In this document: one piece after another, positions 9,886-18,151 of the stretch
How positions within the stretch are numbered: position 1 is the stretch's first letter
Layout: each line of letters opens with the position of its first letter
Assembly (NCBI GenBank): GCA_965237905.1
Contig: OZ250172.1
Coordinates: forward strand, 128,001-192,000
Reading direction: 5' to 3'
Length of the DNA stretch: 64,000 nucleotides
From: Nitrospinaceae bacterium
GTDB taxonomy: Bacteria > Nitrospinota > Nitrospinia > Nitrospinales > Nitrospinaceae
Made by a program: the position numbers and the translations under genes
The notes under the pieces: generated by a model
Database searches by the model: none
Told to the model about the DNA's origin: nothing
What the model saw: the letters and a program-made list of their open reading frames with translations, nothing else

Positions 9886-10665
9886 ATGGCCGAAAATTCA
9901 CAGAATCCCTCCGAACCGGAGTTCGAACAGAGAGTCATCGAAAGTTTTTCCAAACACGTCAAAAGCTACGACCGGCACGCACAGCTCCAGCGCTCCATGG
10001 CGGAACGTTTGGCGGCCCTGATTCCAAATCCTTTCCGCCAGAAAATTCTGGAAATCGGATGTGGAACCGGCGTTTTCACCCGGCATCTTCTGGCGCGCTC
10101 TCCTTCTACCCTTATCCTGAATGATATTGCCCCACTCATGATTGAGCATTTAAAAAATCATTTGGAGGTCCCATCCAACTCCAAATTTCTTGTGGGAAAC
10201 GCGGAACGCATTCAGATACCAAAAGTGAAACTCATCGCGGGAAACGCCGTGTTCCAGTGGTTTCAAAATCCCCAAAACACACTACAACGATTTCACTCTT
10301 CCCTCGAAAAGGAAGGATATCTGGCCTTCAGTACTTTTGGGCCTCAAACCCTCGAAGAATTTCGCAGGTCCGCCCAATTTCAGGGACCCACACAGCTTTT
10401 TTCTCAAAAACGATGGAAAACTCTTCTTACCCAGGCAGGATTTGAGTTGCTCACATTTCAAACCGAAACGCGTCAGATATTTTTTCAAAATACCCAGAGC
10501 TTGATTAAAAACCTGCAACAGATTGGAGCCGCCCCATTACGGATTCTAAAGCCTGGAGAATTGAGACAACTGATTCGGGATTACGACAGGGAGCACTCAT
10601 CGCCGCAGGGAGTTTATACGAATTGGGAATTGTTTTACTTTTTTGCACGCAGGGGGACGGGTTAA
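9886..10665 (+). CDS. bioC: Malonyl-ACP O-methyltransferase
   Basis: F..HVKSYDRHAQLQ, LEIGCGTG, FQW and FSTFGPQTLEE motifs typical of BioC. In the bio operon. Confidence 0.88.
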   Translation: MAENSQNPSEPEFEQRVIESFSKHVKSYDRHAQLQRSMAERLAALIPNPFRQKILEIGCGTGVFTRHLLARSPSTLILNDIAPLMIEHLKNHLEVPSNSKFLVGNAERIQIPKVKLIAGNAVFQWFQNPQNTLQRFHSSLEKEGYLAFSTFGPQTLEEFRRSAQFQGPTQLFSQKRWKTLLTQAGFELLTFQTETRQIFFQNTQSLIKNLQQIGAAPLRILKPGELRQLIRDYDREHSSPQGVYTNWELFYFFARRGTG

Positions 10666-10680
10666 ATCTCAGTTGCTCCA

Positions 10681-11661
10681 CTATTTCTTAAACGCCACCA
10701 GCATTCCCGTTCCTTCTCCGAGTGAAATTCTACGGAATTTATGAAACCCGGCCTGACTCAAGAGTTTCTCGGTTTCATCGTAGGAATAGGTTTTCCCCGT
10801 TGCTGTAAATAGGAGCATGGTCACCCCGAATAAAGCGGCTTCATAAGGTTGGGTGGCATCGCGGGTATGAAAAAAATCCACCAGAACCAAACGTCCTCCT
10901 TTGATCAACGCATTTTTCATTTTAAGGAAGAGTTGTTTATTTTCCTCGGGATTATAGATGTGCAGAATATTCGAATAAAAAACCGTGTCGTAGGCGTCGC
11001 CAAAAGGTGTATTGAATAAATCACCGGGCTTTAATTCCATACGGGACCAAAAAGAAGATGTGCCATGCAGTTCCCGAGCCACCTTTAAGGCTGACGAGCG
11101 ATCCAGCAAAGTTGCTTGGGCTTTCTTGTCTTTTCTAAGGACTGCGGCGCTGTAGGTGCCGGGACCGCTCCCCAGGTCCAGAAACCGGCCTGCCGGTTGG
11201 CGCGTGATGATTTCAGCAATCTTGGCGGCAAACGGTCCGCTCCGCTCGTGCATGGCATGGGTAAAGCAATCGCGAAATTCCGGGTCGTCGTCCCCTTCAA
11301 ATTCCGAGAGATCGCGGCCATTGCGGATGGTATCGATCAGGCGCGCCCATTCATCATTCTTCTCCAATTTTAGAAAAGCCGTCCCTTTCAAATAATCGGG
11401 ACTTGAGTCACACAAATATTTATACATGTGCGGGGCACTGGAATACTTTCCCTTGTCGAACCGGAGAGCTTTCATCGCCGCCAGCGCATTGAGTAGAGGC
11501 TCCATACCATCCAATTTCGTTTTGGACTGTTGAACCACCTGAAGGGCCGTCATGCTCTTTTGACGCAAAATAGAAAAAATCTTAAATTCAAGAGCCGCCA
11601 TTAAAATCCGCGCCTCTTCCAGTTGGTCAATGGTTTCCGTGAACTGTTTTAAAGTCAACAT
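10681..11661 (-). CDS. SAM-dependent O-methyltransferase (Methyltransf_2 family with N-terminal dimerisation domain)
   Basis: LDLGSGPG, GDLF, SNILH and GGRLVLVD motifs. Confidence 0.85.
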   Translation of the reverse strand: MLTLKQFTETIDQLEEARILMAALEFKIFSILRQKSMTALQVVQQSKTKLDGMEPLLNALAAMKALRFDKGKYSSAPHMYKYLCDSSPDYLKGTAFLKLEKNDEWARLIDTIRNGRDLSEFEGDDDPEFRDCFTHAMHERSGPFAAKIAEIITRQPAGRFLDLGSGPGTYSAAVLRKDKKAQATLLDRSSALKVARELHGTSSFWSRMELKPGDLFNTPFGDAYDTVFYSNILHIYNPEENKQLFLKMKNALIKGGRLVLVDFFHTRDATQPYEAALFGVTMLLFTATGKTYSYDETEKLLSQAGFHKFRRISLGEGTGMLVAFKK

Positions 11662-11672
11662 GGCAAAGAGAC

Positions 11673-12329
11673 CTATTCGTTGAGGAGGGGTTCTATAAGT
11701 TTTTCCAATTCCAAACCGGAACCGAACAATTTGTGCCGGATAATACCTTTTTTATCGATGATGATTGTGGAAGGCGTGCCCCGCAAACCATATTGATCGA
11801 ATGTCAGCGCATCATATTCTTTTCCCCCCAGATACTCTCGAATCTGCTTTTCAATCTGAGTGCGGTGATGTTCCGGCAAGGTTTCAAAATCAGGAAAATC
11901 CCTCTCGATCCATTGTTGCACTTCAGCCTCCTTCACGCCCTCTTCCCGTTTCACTACCTGGTCCCAGGCAACGGGAAACGGCATGAAATACTGGAGGCGC
12001 CCCATGCTCAACATGTCCCGTTCGGAAAGCATGACCATGGTTTCTCCCACCACCTCACCGGTATCAATCAGCTTTTTTAAATGATCCAGAGTGTTCAGAT
12101 GATAATCTTCAAACGCGGTGGCCAATCCCCACACCGTCAACGGTTTTTCTTTGAACGTCATGTAGGTTTGAATCACTTCCGGCAGGCCGCCGATAAAACA
12201 ACCGGGGCAATTGACCTGGAACACTTCGATCAGAATCACCTTTCCGCGTTGTTGATCGATATTGGAAGGAGTTCCCTGCACCCACTCCGCCACCTGAAGA
12301 TTGGGAGCCGGCTCGTCAACTGCGGGCAT
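11673..12329 (-). CDS. Thioredoxin-fold TlpA/redoxin family protein
   Basis: APNLQVAEW, VFQVNCPGC (CxxC) and GTPSTIIIDKKG. Confidence 0.85.
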   Translation of the reverse strand: MPAVDEPAPNLQVAEWVQGTPSNIDQQRGKVILIEVFQVNCPGCFIGGLPEVIQTYMTFKEKPLTVWGLATAFEDYHLNTLDHLKKLIDTGEVVGETMVMLSERDMLSMGRLQYFMPFPVAWDQVVKREEGVKEAEVQQWIERDFPDFETLPEHHRTQIEKQIREYLGGKEYDALTFDQYGLRGTPSTIIIDKKGIIRHKLFGSGLELEKLIEPLLNE

Positions 12330-13167
12330 CCGCCACCCCTTCCTTCGCCAGTTTCAGCAGGCGATTGATGATTTTAAGAAGCTCCGGATTGGGCCGGTGC
12401 TGGAGCGCCGATTCAAGAATAGGAATCGCTTTACCGGATCGGCCCTGAAGATTATAAATCAACCCAGTCATGGTGTGGGACACCAGCCATTTGTCACCCT
12501 TGGGATGATTCTGAATGATATCGTTCAGATCCACGAGAGCCTGATCGTATTTTTTAAGCTTGTAATAATTGGAAGCCAGGCCGAACAAGATATTGTCTTT
12601 TAATGAGGGAGAGTATTCTTTCTGTAGAATTCTTTTGAAAGCGACGATGCTTCTCAAATACTGACCGTTACGGAACAAGAGAATGGCCAAACGGTAATCA
12701 TCCGGCTGGGCTTTCGGCGGGATCTTATGCGCCTCCCGTTCTTTCCGGATTCCCTTCAACTCGATATCCATTTCTTTGACTGAACCTTCCAGTTCCTGCA
12801 GGGCCTGTATCAATTTTTTGACCCTTTCCTCCTCAGCCTCTTGCTGAGCCAGCCGCGCTTCCAATTGCTGGAGTCCAGGTTCTTTCCCTCTGAGAAGATT
12901 TTCAAGTATAATCTCGTTTCCCAGAATATCGGCGTATCCCATAAACAAACGCTCCATATCGGCCGCGACCACGTCCAGGCGCTTTTGACGCTGACGGCGC
13001 GCCTCCAGCTCTTCTTCACTGGGAGGAAGCCAGATATGCCGCTCCTCCGGATGCATGGATTGAAATTTTTGAGCCTTCGTCTGTTTGGGAGGTTCTTCAG
13101 GCGCGTGGGCACACCCCAGCCCTATCAGCAGAAAAAGAAGCCAAAGTTTTTTAAGAGTTTGGGTCAT
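12316..13167 (-). CDS. Coiled-coil + TPR lipoprotein (CpoB/YbgF-like architecture)
   Basis: Lipobox-like LIGLGC, central coiled coil, three C-terminal TPR-like helical repeats. Start uncertain (13167 or 13200). Confidence 0.65.
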   Translation of the reverse strand: MTQTLKKLWLLFLLIGLGCAHAPEEPPKQTKAQKFQSMHPEERHIWLPPSEEELEARRQRQKRLDVVAADMERLFMGYADILGNEIILENLLRGKEPGLQQLEARLAQQEAEEERVKKLIQALQELEGSVKEMDIELKGIRKEREAHKIPPKAQPDDYRLAILLFRNGQYLRSIVAFKRILQKEYSPSLKDNILFGLASNYYKLKKYDQALVDLNDIIQNHPKGDKWLVSHTMTGLIYNLQGRSGKAIPILESALQHRPNPELLKIINRLLKLAKEGVADARS

Positions 13168-13235
13168 AAAAATAATATAATGAAAAAGTTGTCCTATCAT
13201 AAATTAAAAACTTAAATATTTCAATTGTTTAGACT

Positions 13236-14105
13236 ATGAAAAGCTATTACGACACTCTTGGTATCTCTAAAAATGCCTCGGAAGACGATATCAAGAAAGC
13301 CTTCAAGAAAAAGGCTCTGGAATATCACCCGGACCACAATAAAAACGATCCCAAGGCTGAGGAGAAATTCAAGAAGGTCAGCGAAGCCTATGCAGTGCTG
13401 AAAGATAAGGACAAGCGGAAGCAGTACGACCGGGTTGGGGCCGAAGGATTTAAAAAGCAGTACAGTCAGGAAGATATTTTCAGGGGGTTTGACGTCAACG
13501 AAATATTCAGTAACTTCGGTTTTGGCGGGGGCCGTCCCCCCTCAGGTTTTGAAGAGTTTTTCGGCGGCGGCCGGTCAAGAAGACCCCGCAAAGGCCAGGA
13601 TATGATGAGTGACATCACCGTCACGTTTGAAGAAGCGGCACGCGGAACCGAGAAAAAATTTACCATTGATCGCGGCGGCAGGAATGAAGACACCAACGTC
13701 AAGGTGCCGCCGGGGATCAGTGAAGGCAAAAAACTGCGCCTCGCCGGTAAAGGCTTTCCCGGAGCCCAGGGCGGCCCGCCGGGCAATCTTTATTTCAAGG
13801 TGCATATCCTCCCGCACCCGATCTTTAAACGGGAGGGCAACGACATTGTGGTGGAACACACAGTGAGCCTGACCGACGCCCTGCTCGGCACCACTATCCA
13901 GGTGCCCACTTTGGAGGGAGAAAAACAGGTTAAAGTTCCCGCCGGCACCCAGCCACTCACCAAACTGCGTTTGCGCGGACTGGGAATACATAAACGAGGC
14001 GGAGACCGGGGCGATCAATTTGTTAAAATTGTCGTGAACCTCCCCAAAACCCTGACGCCGGAGCAGAGTCAATTAATCGAATCTCTTAAAGAACAGGGTC
14101 TATAA
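13236..14105 (+). CDS. DnaJ-class co-chaperone without zinc finger (CbpA/DnaJ2-like)
   Basis: J domain with HPD, G/F-rich linker, DnaJ C-terminal domain, no CxxCxGxG repeats. Confidence 0.9.
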   Translation: MKSYYDTLGISKNASEDDIKKAFKKKALEYHPDHNKNDPKAEEKFKKVSEAYAVLKDKDKRKQYDRVGAEGFKKQYSQEDIFRGFDVNEIFSNFGFGGGRPPSGFEEFFGGGRSRRPRKGQDMMSDITVTFEEAARGTEKKFTIDRGGRNEDTNVKVPPGISEGKKLRLAGKGFPGAQGGPPGNLYFKVHILPHPIFKREGNDIVVEHTVSLTDALLGTTIQVPTLEGEKQVKVPAGTQPLTKLRLRGLGIHKRGGDRGDQFVKIVVNLPKTLTPEQSQLIESLKEQGL

Positions 14106-14217
14106 GTTTAATTTTAAATAGAAATTAGATAACTTATCATCCGCGAAATACTTAAATCTTTCACCGGTTCATTCGCATCTATAAATGAGACCTTGGCTTA
14201 ACGCCAATCTATAAATA

Positions 14218-14341
14218 ATCCTCCCCTTGCTGAGGGGAGGATACAGGTGGGGTGGGGTTTTTTCGAGATAATGAAAACCTTAAGATTCAAGGAATGGGGT
14301 ACCACAACCTCCCCTGTATCCCCTCCTTCGTAAGGAGGGGA
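14218..14341. repeat. REP-like doublet: two inverted ~35-bp GC-rich hairpin units
   Basis: 14219-14253 TCCTCCCCTTGCTGAGGGGAGGATACAGGTGGGGT matches the reverse complement of 14307-14341 (TCCCCTCCTTACGAAGGAGGGGATACAGGGGAGGT). Each unit forms a 10-bp stem. Confidence 0.75.
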
Positions 14342-14452
14342 AATAACACCCCATCGTTCAACGGGTCACTTATAAAAGGTTTCCTCGGTAAGGAGAGGAA
14401 TAATTAATTAACAGCGTTATGCAGAGCTCTCTTTCATCTACAGGAAATTCTC

Positions 14453-14749
14453 ATGGCTAAAATCACATTTCAACCCGATCACCTGACCCACGAATGCGAG
14501 GATGGCATGATGTTGATCGATGTCTGCGAGGAAGTGGATACCGCCCTGTCCTTCGGTTGCACCGAGGGCACCTGCGGCGTGTGCGAGTTGACGGTGTTGA
14601 AAGGCCGGGAGAATCTGAATAAATTTACCGAAGAAGAAAAAGAATACCTCTACGAAGAAGACCTCGAAAACGGCATGCGCCTGGGTTGCCAGCTCAAAAT
14701 CAGGAAGAGCGAAGTCACCATCACCTGGAAGGGTAACCGGGCAAAATAG
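14453..14749 (+). CDS. 2Fe-2S ferredoxin
   Basis: CTEGTCGVC ... RLGCQ ligand pattern. AGGA RBS. Confidence 0.92.
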   Translation: MAKITFQPDHLTHECEDGMMLIDVCEEVDTALSFGCTEGTCGVCELTVLKGRENLNKFTEEEKEYLYEEDLENGMRLGCQLKIRKSEVTITWKGNRAK

Positions 14750-14760
14750 CCTGATTTTCC

Positions 14761-14792
14761 TTATGGTGTCAAGGAGAGACTTGACCCCTTTT
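14761..14792 (+). repeat. Left 32-bp palindromic element (inverted copy at 15752-15783)
   Basis: TTATGGTGTCAAG-GAGAGA-CTTGACCCCTTTT, 26/32 identical to the reverse complement of the right copy. Confidence 0.85.
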
Positions 14793-14940
14793 CACTTGCC
14801 CCCCACCTTCATTTTTTGCAGGCCTCCGTCCAGCAGGCGATTACCCGGTTAAGAGCGAAATCGATGGGCTGGCCACGATTCACAGAGCTATGAACACCGT
14901 GCCATTTGGAAGTGTCCCGTGGCAATGCACCTTGACGGTA

Positions 14941-15606
14941 TCAGTGGTCTTTGGACTGGAGTTGTTTGAGTTGTGCAGAAACCGCTAGCAGGCGTTTATC
15001 TCCAGGCCGCAATTTCAAACCTGCTTTCACGTCCAGTAATCCCTTGTCCGGTTGGTTCATTTGTCCATAAGCTATGGCTCGCCAGAAATAACCCTCGGCT
15101 GTGGGGTTAATGTCGATCGAAGCGCTTAATGCGGCCACGGCTTCCTTGCTTTTTCCCAGGCTACCAAGCGCAATCCCCTTGTGGTGCAGGGGGTACCACA
15201 ACCAGACCTTGCCACGCTTGTTGAATTTTATGGCCTTGTCAAAGTTAGCTACGGCCTCCTGCGGCCGGTTGCTGCGGTACAGGGCAATGCCTTTTTTAAC
15301 ATAAGCGGTCTGAGTAGAGGGGTCGAGCTTGAGGGCAGCGTCGAACTCCCGGATAGCCTCATTGTACTTTTGCTGCTTGAGGAATCTTTCACCGGCTTTT
15401 TCATGATGATAGCGCTTATTGCCCTCCATCTTCTTGTTGAACTCGCGGTTACTTCTCTCTATTTCCTCAACGGTAGGCATTTTGAAGCGAATCTGTGAGG
15501 AATTCTTTTCGGAGGCGCACCCTGTCCAAGAGGCCATGATCATGATCAAAACAACGTACATCACTGTCGTATGGCAGAAACGGAATGTTGGAGGCGAACA
15601 TAACAT
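14941..15606 (-). CDS. TPR-repeat protein, probable lipoprotein (cargo gene 1)
   Basis: About four TPR repeats (e.g. AYVKKGIALY, YFWRAIAYGQM) and a lipobox-like WTGC. Start uncertain. Confidence 0.75.
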   Translation of the reverse strand: MLCSPPTFRFCHTTVMYVVLIMIMASWTGCASEKNSSQIRFKMPTVEEIERSNREFNKKMEGNKRYHHEKAGERFLKQQKYNEAIREFDAALKLDPSTQTAYVKKGIALYRSNRPQEAVANFDKAIKFNKRGKVWLWYPLHHKGIALGSLGKSKEAVAALSASIDINPTAEGYFWRAIAYGQMNQPDKGLLDVKAGLKLRPGDKRLLAVSAQLKQLQSKDH

Positions 15607-15751
15607 GGCTTTTCCCCTGAAGTGATAATAGGATCCCAGTCGGAAAATCGATTGGTATCCTACCACAGGAAATTAAGTGGCTACAAGAATGAATATCGCC
15701 AGGATCGTGTGCTTTTGCGCGAACACAACCCCTCCGTAAAGGAAAAGGAAG

Positions 15752-15783
15752 AAAAAAGGTCAAGCCCTTTCTTGACACCATAA
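15752..15783 (-). repeat. Right 32-bp palindromic element (inverted copy of 14761-14792)
   Basis: Reverse complement reads TTATGGTGTCAAG-AAAGGG-CTTGACCTTTTTT. Confidence 0.85.
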
Positions 15784-15796
15784 TTTCCATCCTCTC

Positions 15797-15931
15797 TCAC
15801 TTCCATTTCCAGTCTTTGTTGACTGAGCTGGCGGGGTTCCACAGCACTTCCTCCTCGTCCATGGTGCAACTGACCCAACGGCTGAAAATGAAAAAGCAAT
15901 CGGAGAGCCGGTTGATGAAGGCGATGGCATG
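15797..15931 (-). pseudogene. Duplicated 3' fragment of the PduO adenosyltransferase gene
   Basis: Translates HAIAFINRLSDCFFIFSRWVSCTMDEEEVLWNPASSVNKDWKWK*, compared with ...CTMGEEEVLWDPGSSVNKDWRWKDE* in 16775-17422. No 5' part. Confidence 0.92.
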
Positions 15932-16002
15932 GCCTCGGCTGTCAGCTCAAAATCAGAAAGGGCGAAGTGACGATTGCCTGGAAGGGTAATAGGGCGAAAT
16001 AA
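15926..16002 (+). pseudogene. Duplicated 3' fragment of the ferredoxin gene
   Basis: Translates LGCQLKIRKGEVTIAWKGNRAK*, compared with LGCQLKIRKSEVTITWKGNRAK* in 14453-14749. No 5' part. Confidence 0.92.
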
Positions 16003-16026
16003 ATGGTAAACGGTGATTTTAGTCCA

Positions 16027-16782
16027 TTATTTAGTAGGCTGGTTATTTTTTATTGTTTCCCATGCACTTAATCTTATTTGGGCATACCTTCTTACACCTT
16101 GGCTTTCATCATTATTCTTGGCAATATCCTCCACGACAGGAATTATTGCATCTAGGTATTGCTCTTGATCGGGAGCAACAATTACAAATTCTCTTCTCAC
16201 TGACCCATGGGGATCCTTGCCAAGGGAAATGAAAGCATCCAGCATTTGCTTGATTTCTTCTTTATTCTCAAGGATGATTAAGATTCTCACCAAAGGCTGA
16301 ACACTATACATTCTATCAACATAGGATTCCGAAATGGTCATTTGCAGGACAAACTCTTTACCTAGCGGGTCCCCAAAGAATCCTGCCAAATCTTGAGTAA
16401 TCCCTAATTTAACTGTGTTGCTATTTTCAGATTTAAACAACTCTCTTAAAGCCGAATGACCTGAAGAATCCCCCATCATTTTAAGTGCCACGGCGACTCT
16501 TTGTATTAGTAATGGATCCTCTCCGGAATTTAATAATTTTTTTAAAACCTCTTTACTTTCGGTGGCTTTTCGCACACCAAGAATAGTCACCGCTCTCCAT
16601 CTAACCTCAAGATCATTCGACGATTGAACAATCTCCAGCAAGCTCTCATTATCTGTCTTTAAATCTCTCTTATAGAGATAATCAGCCCAGTAATCGCTTG
16701 GATCATCTCCTGTTTGTGTCCATCCAGAGCAAAAAAATATTAGAACCACAAATACGATTAATTTAATAATTTGATTATTCAT
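16027..16782 (-). CDS. Secreted HEAT-repeat protein (cargo gene 2, AT-rich)
   Basis: ATG 16782 overlaps the pduO stop. Signal peptide MNNQIIKLIVFVVLIFFCSG. HEAT-like repeats (VRWRAVTILG, IQRVAVALKMMG, VRRYAQIRL). Visibly more AT-rich than its neighbours. Confidence 0.75.
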   Translation of the reverse strand: MNNQIIKLIVFVVLIFFCSGWTQTGDDPSDYWADYLYKRDLKTDNESLLEIVQSSNDLEVRWRAVTILGVRKATESKEVLKKLLNSGEDPLLIQRVAVALKMMGDSSGHSALRELFKSENSNTVKLGITQDLAGFFGDPLGKEFVLQMTISESYVDRMYSVQPLVRILIILENKEEIKQMLDAFISLGKDPHGSVRREFVIVAPDQEQYLDAIIPVVEDIAKNNDESQGVRRYAQIRLSAWETIKNNQPTK

Positions 16783-17422
16783 CTTTCCATCTCCAATCTT
16801 TGTTGACTGAGCTTCCGGGGTCCCACAGGACTTCTTCTTCGCCCATGGTGCAACTAACCCAGCGGCTGAAAATGAAAAAGCAATCGGAGAGCCGGTTGAT
16901 GAAGGCGATGGCATGCGCCCCCACTTCATCGTCCCGGTTGAGGCCCACCATGACCCGCTCGGCACGACGGCACACGGTGCGGCATTGATGCAGAAACGCG
17001 TTCACCGGCGTGCCGCCCGGCAGGACGAAGCTGTCCAACGGTTCCAATTCTTCATTCATCGCGTCCATGACTTCTTCCAGCCATTGCAATTTTTCAGCTT
17101 TCATCTCGGCAATCTGACCCTTTTTCGGTGGGTTCTTGGGGTCGCAGGCCAGCTCGTGTCCCAAATCAAACAACCACTGCTGAATGGTCTGCAGAATGCC
17201 GTCCAATTTATCCCGGCGATCCGAAACGGGTTTTTGACTGTTAAAGGTCCGCACCAGCCCGACCAGGGAGTTCAACTCGTCGACCGTCCCGATGGCTTCC
17301 ATGCGGGGATGGTCCTTGGCAATGCGAATGCCCCCCACCAGGCCGGTCTCGCCTTTGTCCCCGGTTTTCGTGTAAACCTTGCCGATTCGCACCACCGGCT
17401 TCTTTTTAATGGGCTTGTCCAT
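16775..17422 (-). CDS. pduO: ATP:cob(I)alamin adenosyltransferase, PduO type
   Basis: KVYTKTGDKGET, GTVDELNS, FVLPGG, RTVCRRAER and NRLSD motifs. Confidence 0.92.
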   Translation of the reverse strand: MDKPIKKKPVVRIGKVYTKTGDKGETGLVGGIRIAKDHPRMEAIGTVDELNSLVGLVRTFNSQKPVSDRRDKLDGILQTIQQWLFDLGHELACDPKNPPKKGQIAEMKAEKLQWLEEVMDAMNEELEPLDSFVLPGGTPVNAFLHQCRTVCRRAERVMVGLNRDDEVGAHAIAFINRLSDCFFIFSRWVSCTMGEEEVLWDPGSSVNKDWRWKDE

Positions 17423-17430
17423 GAATTTCC

Positions 17431-17459
17431 TTGACTTGATCGCTCACAATAATTATATT
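17431..17459 (+). promoter_or_regulatory. Sigma70 promoter of the pyr operon
   Basis: TTGACT-17 nt-TATATT immediately upstream of the PyrR leader. Confidence 0.65.
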
Positions 17460-17474
17460 CAATCTTAACATAGA

Positions 17475-17508
17475 CCTCTTTAAGACAGTCCAGAGAGATT
17501 GTCAAGGG
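17475..17508 (+). promoter_or_regulatory. PyrR-binding RNA loop (pyr attenuator leader)
   Basis: CTTTAA-GAC-AGTCCAGAGAGATT-GTC-AAGG closely fits the PyrR binding motif (CUUUAA...ARUCCnGnGAGGYU...AAGG). Located upstream of pyrR. Confidence 0.85.
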
Positions 17509-17548
17509 ATCACACAATGACCGCTTTTGCTGTATCAAAATGTAGAGC

Positions 17549-17585
17549 TTCCTCCGCAGGATTTTGCCTGAGGGGGATTTTTTTT
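17549..17585 (+). terminator. Attenuator terminator of the pyr leader
   Basis: GC-rich imperfect stem TTCCTCCGCAGG/CCTGAGGGGGA followed by T8, between the PyrR loop and the pyrR start. Confidence 0.75.
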
Positions 17586-17608
17586 GCTCCCAGTTCCCCG
17601 GTGACCGC

Positions 17609-18151
17609 ATGAGCACCCTGCTGATGAACGCCGAGGAAATGAACCGGGCCATCACCCGTATCGCCCACGAAATCCTCGAAAAGAATAAGGGCACCCAGGA
17701 CCTCGCGTTGGTCGGTATCCGCACGCGCGGAGTCTTTCTGGCCACCCGCCTGCGGGACAAAATAAAAGAAATAGAAAAGACTGCGCTCGACATGGGTATT
17801 CTGGACATCACCCTGTACCGGGACGATCTCGCCACCAGTAAGGACAAGCCCATATTGCGGGATACCGATATCCCGTTTGCCATCGACGGCAAAAAAGTGG
17901 TGCTGTGCGACGACGTGTTGTTTACCGGGCGGACCATCCGCGCGGCGATTGATGCGCTGGTCGATTTCGGCCGCCCCGCCCAGGTGCAACTGGCGGTACT
18001 GATCGACCGAGGCCATCGCGAACTGCCCTTCCGGCCCGATTATGTCGGCAAAAATATCCCGACCGCAAAAAGCATGCGGGTCAAAGTTCAAATGACCGAG
18101 GAAGACAAGGAAGACCAAGTGATCGTGATCGATAGCAAAGGTCAAAACTGA
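17609..18151 (+). CDS. pyrR: Bifunctional pyr operon attenuation regulator / uracil phosphoribosyltransferase
   Basis: [30 protein letters not shown] and [17 protein letters not shown] motifs. Confidence 0.97.
   Translation: MSTLLMNAEEMNRAITRIAHEILEKNKGTQDLALVGIRTRGVFLATRLRDKIKEIEKTALDMGILDITLYRDDLATSKDKPILRDTDIPFAIDGKKVVLCDDVLFTGRTIRAAIDALVDFGRPAQVQLAVLIDRGHRELPFRPDYVGKNIPTAKSMRVKVQMTEEDKEDQVIVIDSKGQN

Noticed and set aside
13168..13235. CIRCE element upstream of the DnaJ-like gene
   Set aside because: No TTAGCACTC-N9-GAGTGCTAA match.
14793..14940. Transposase remnant inside the inverted-repeat-flanked segment
   Set aside because: No recognisable HUH, DDE or integrase motif by eye. A tblastx search would be needed to exclude it.
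16783..16965. N-terminal extension of the HEAT-repeat ORF (312-aa call)
   Set aside because: It overlaps pduO out of frame. The signal peptide begins at ATG 16782.
17423..17475. Cobalamin riboswitch upstream of pduO
   Set aside because: No B12-box is visible. The intergenic space is explained by the pyr promoter and attenuator.
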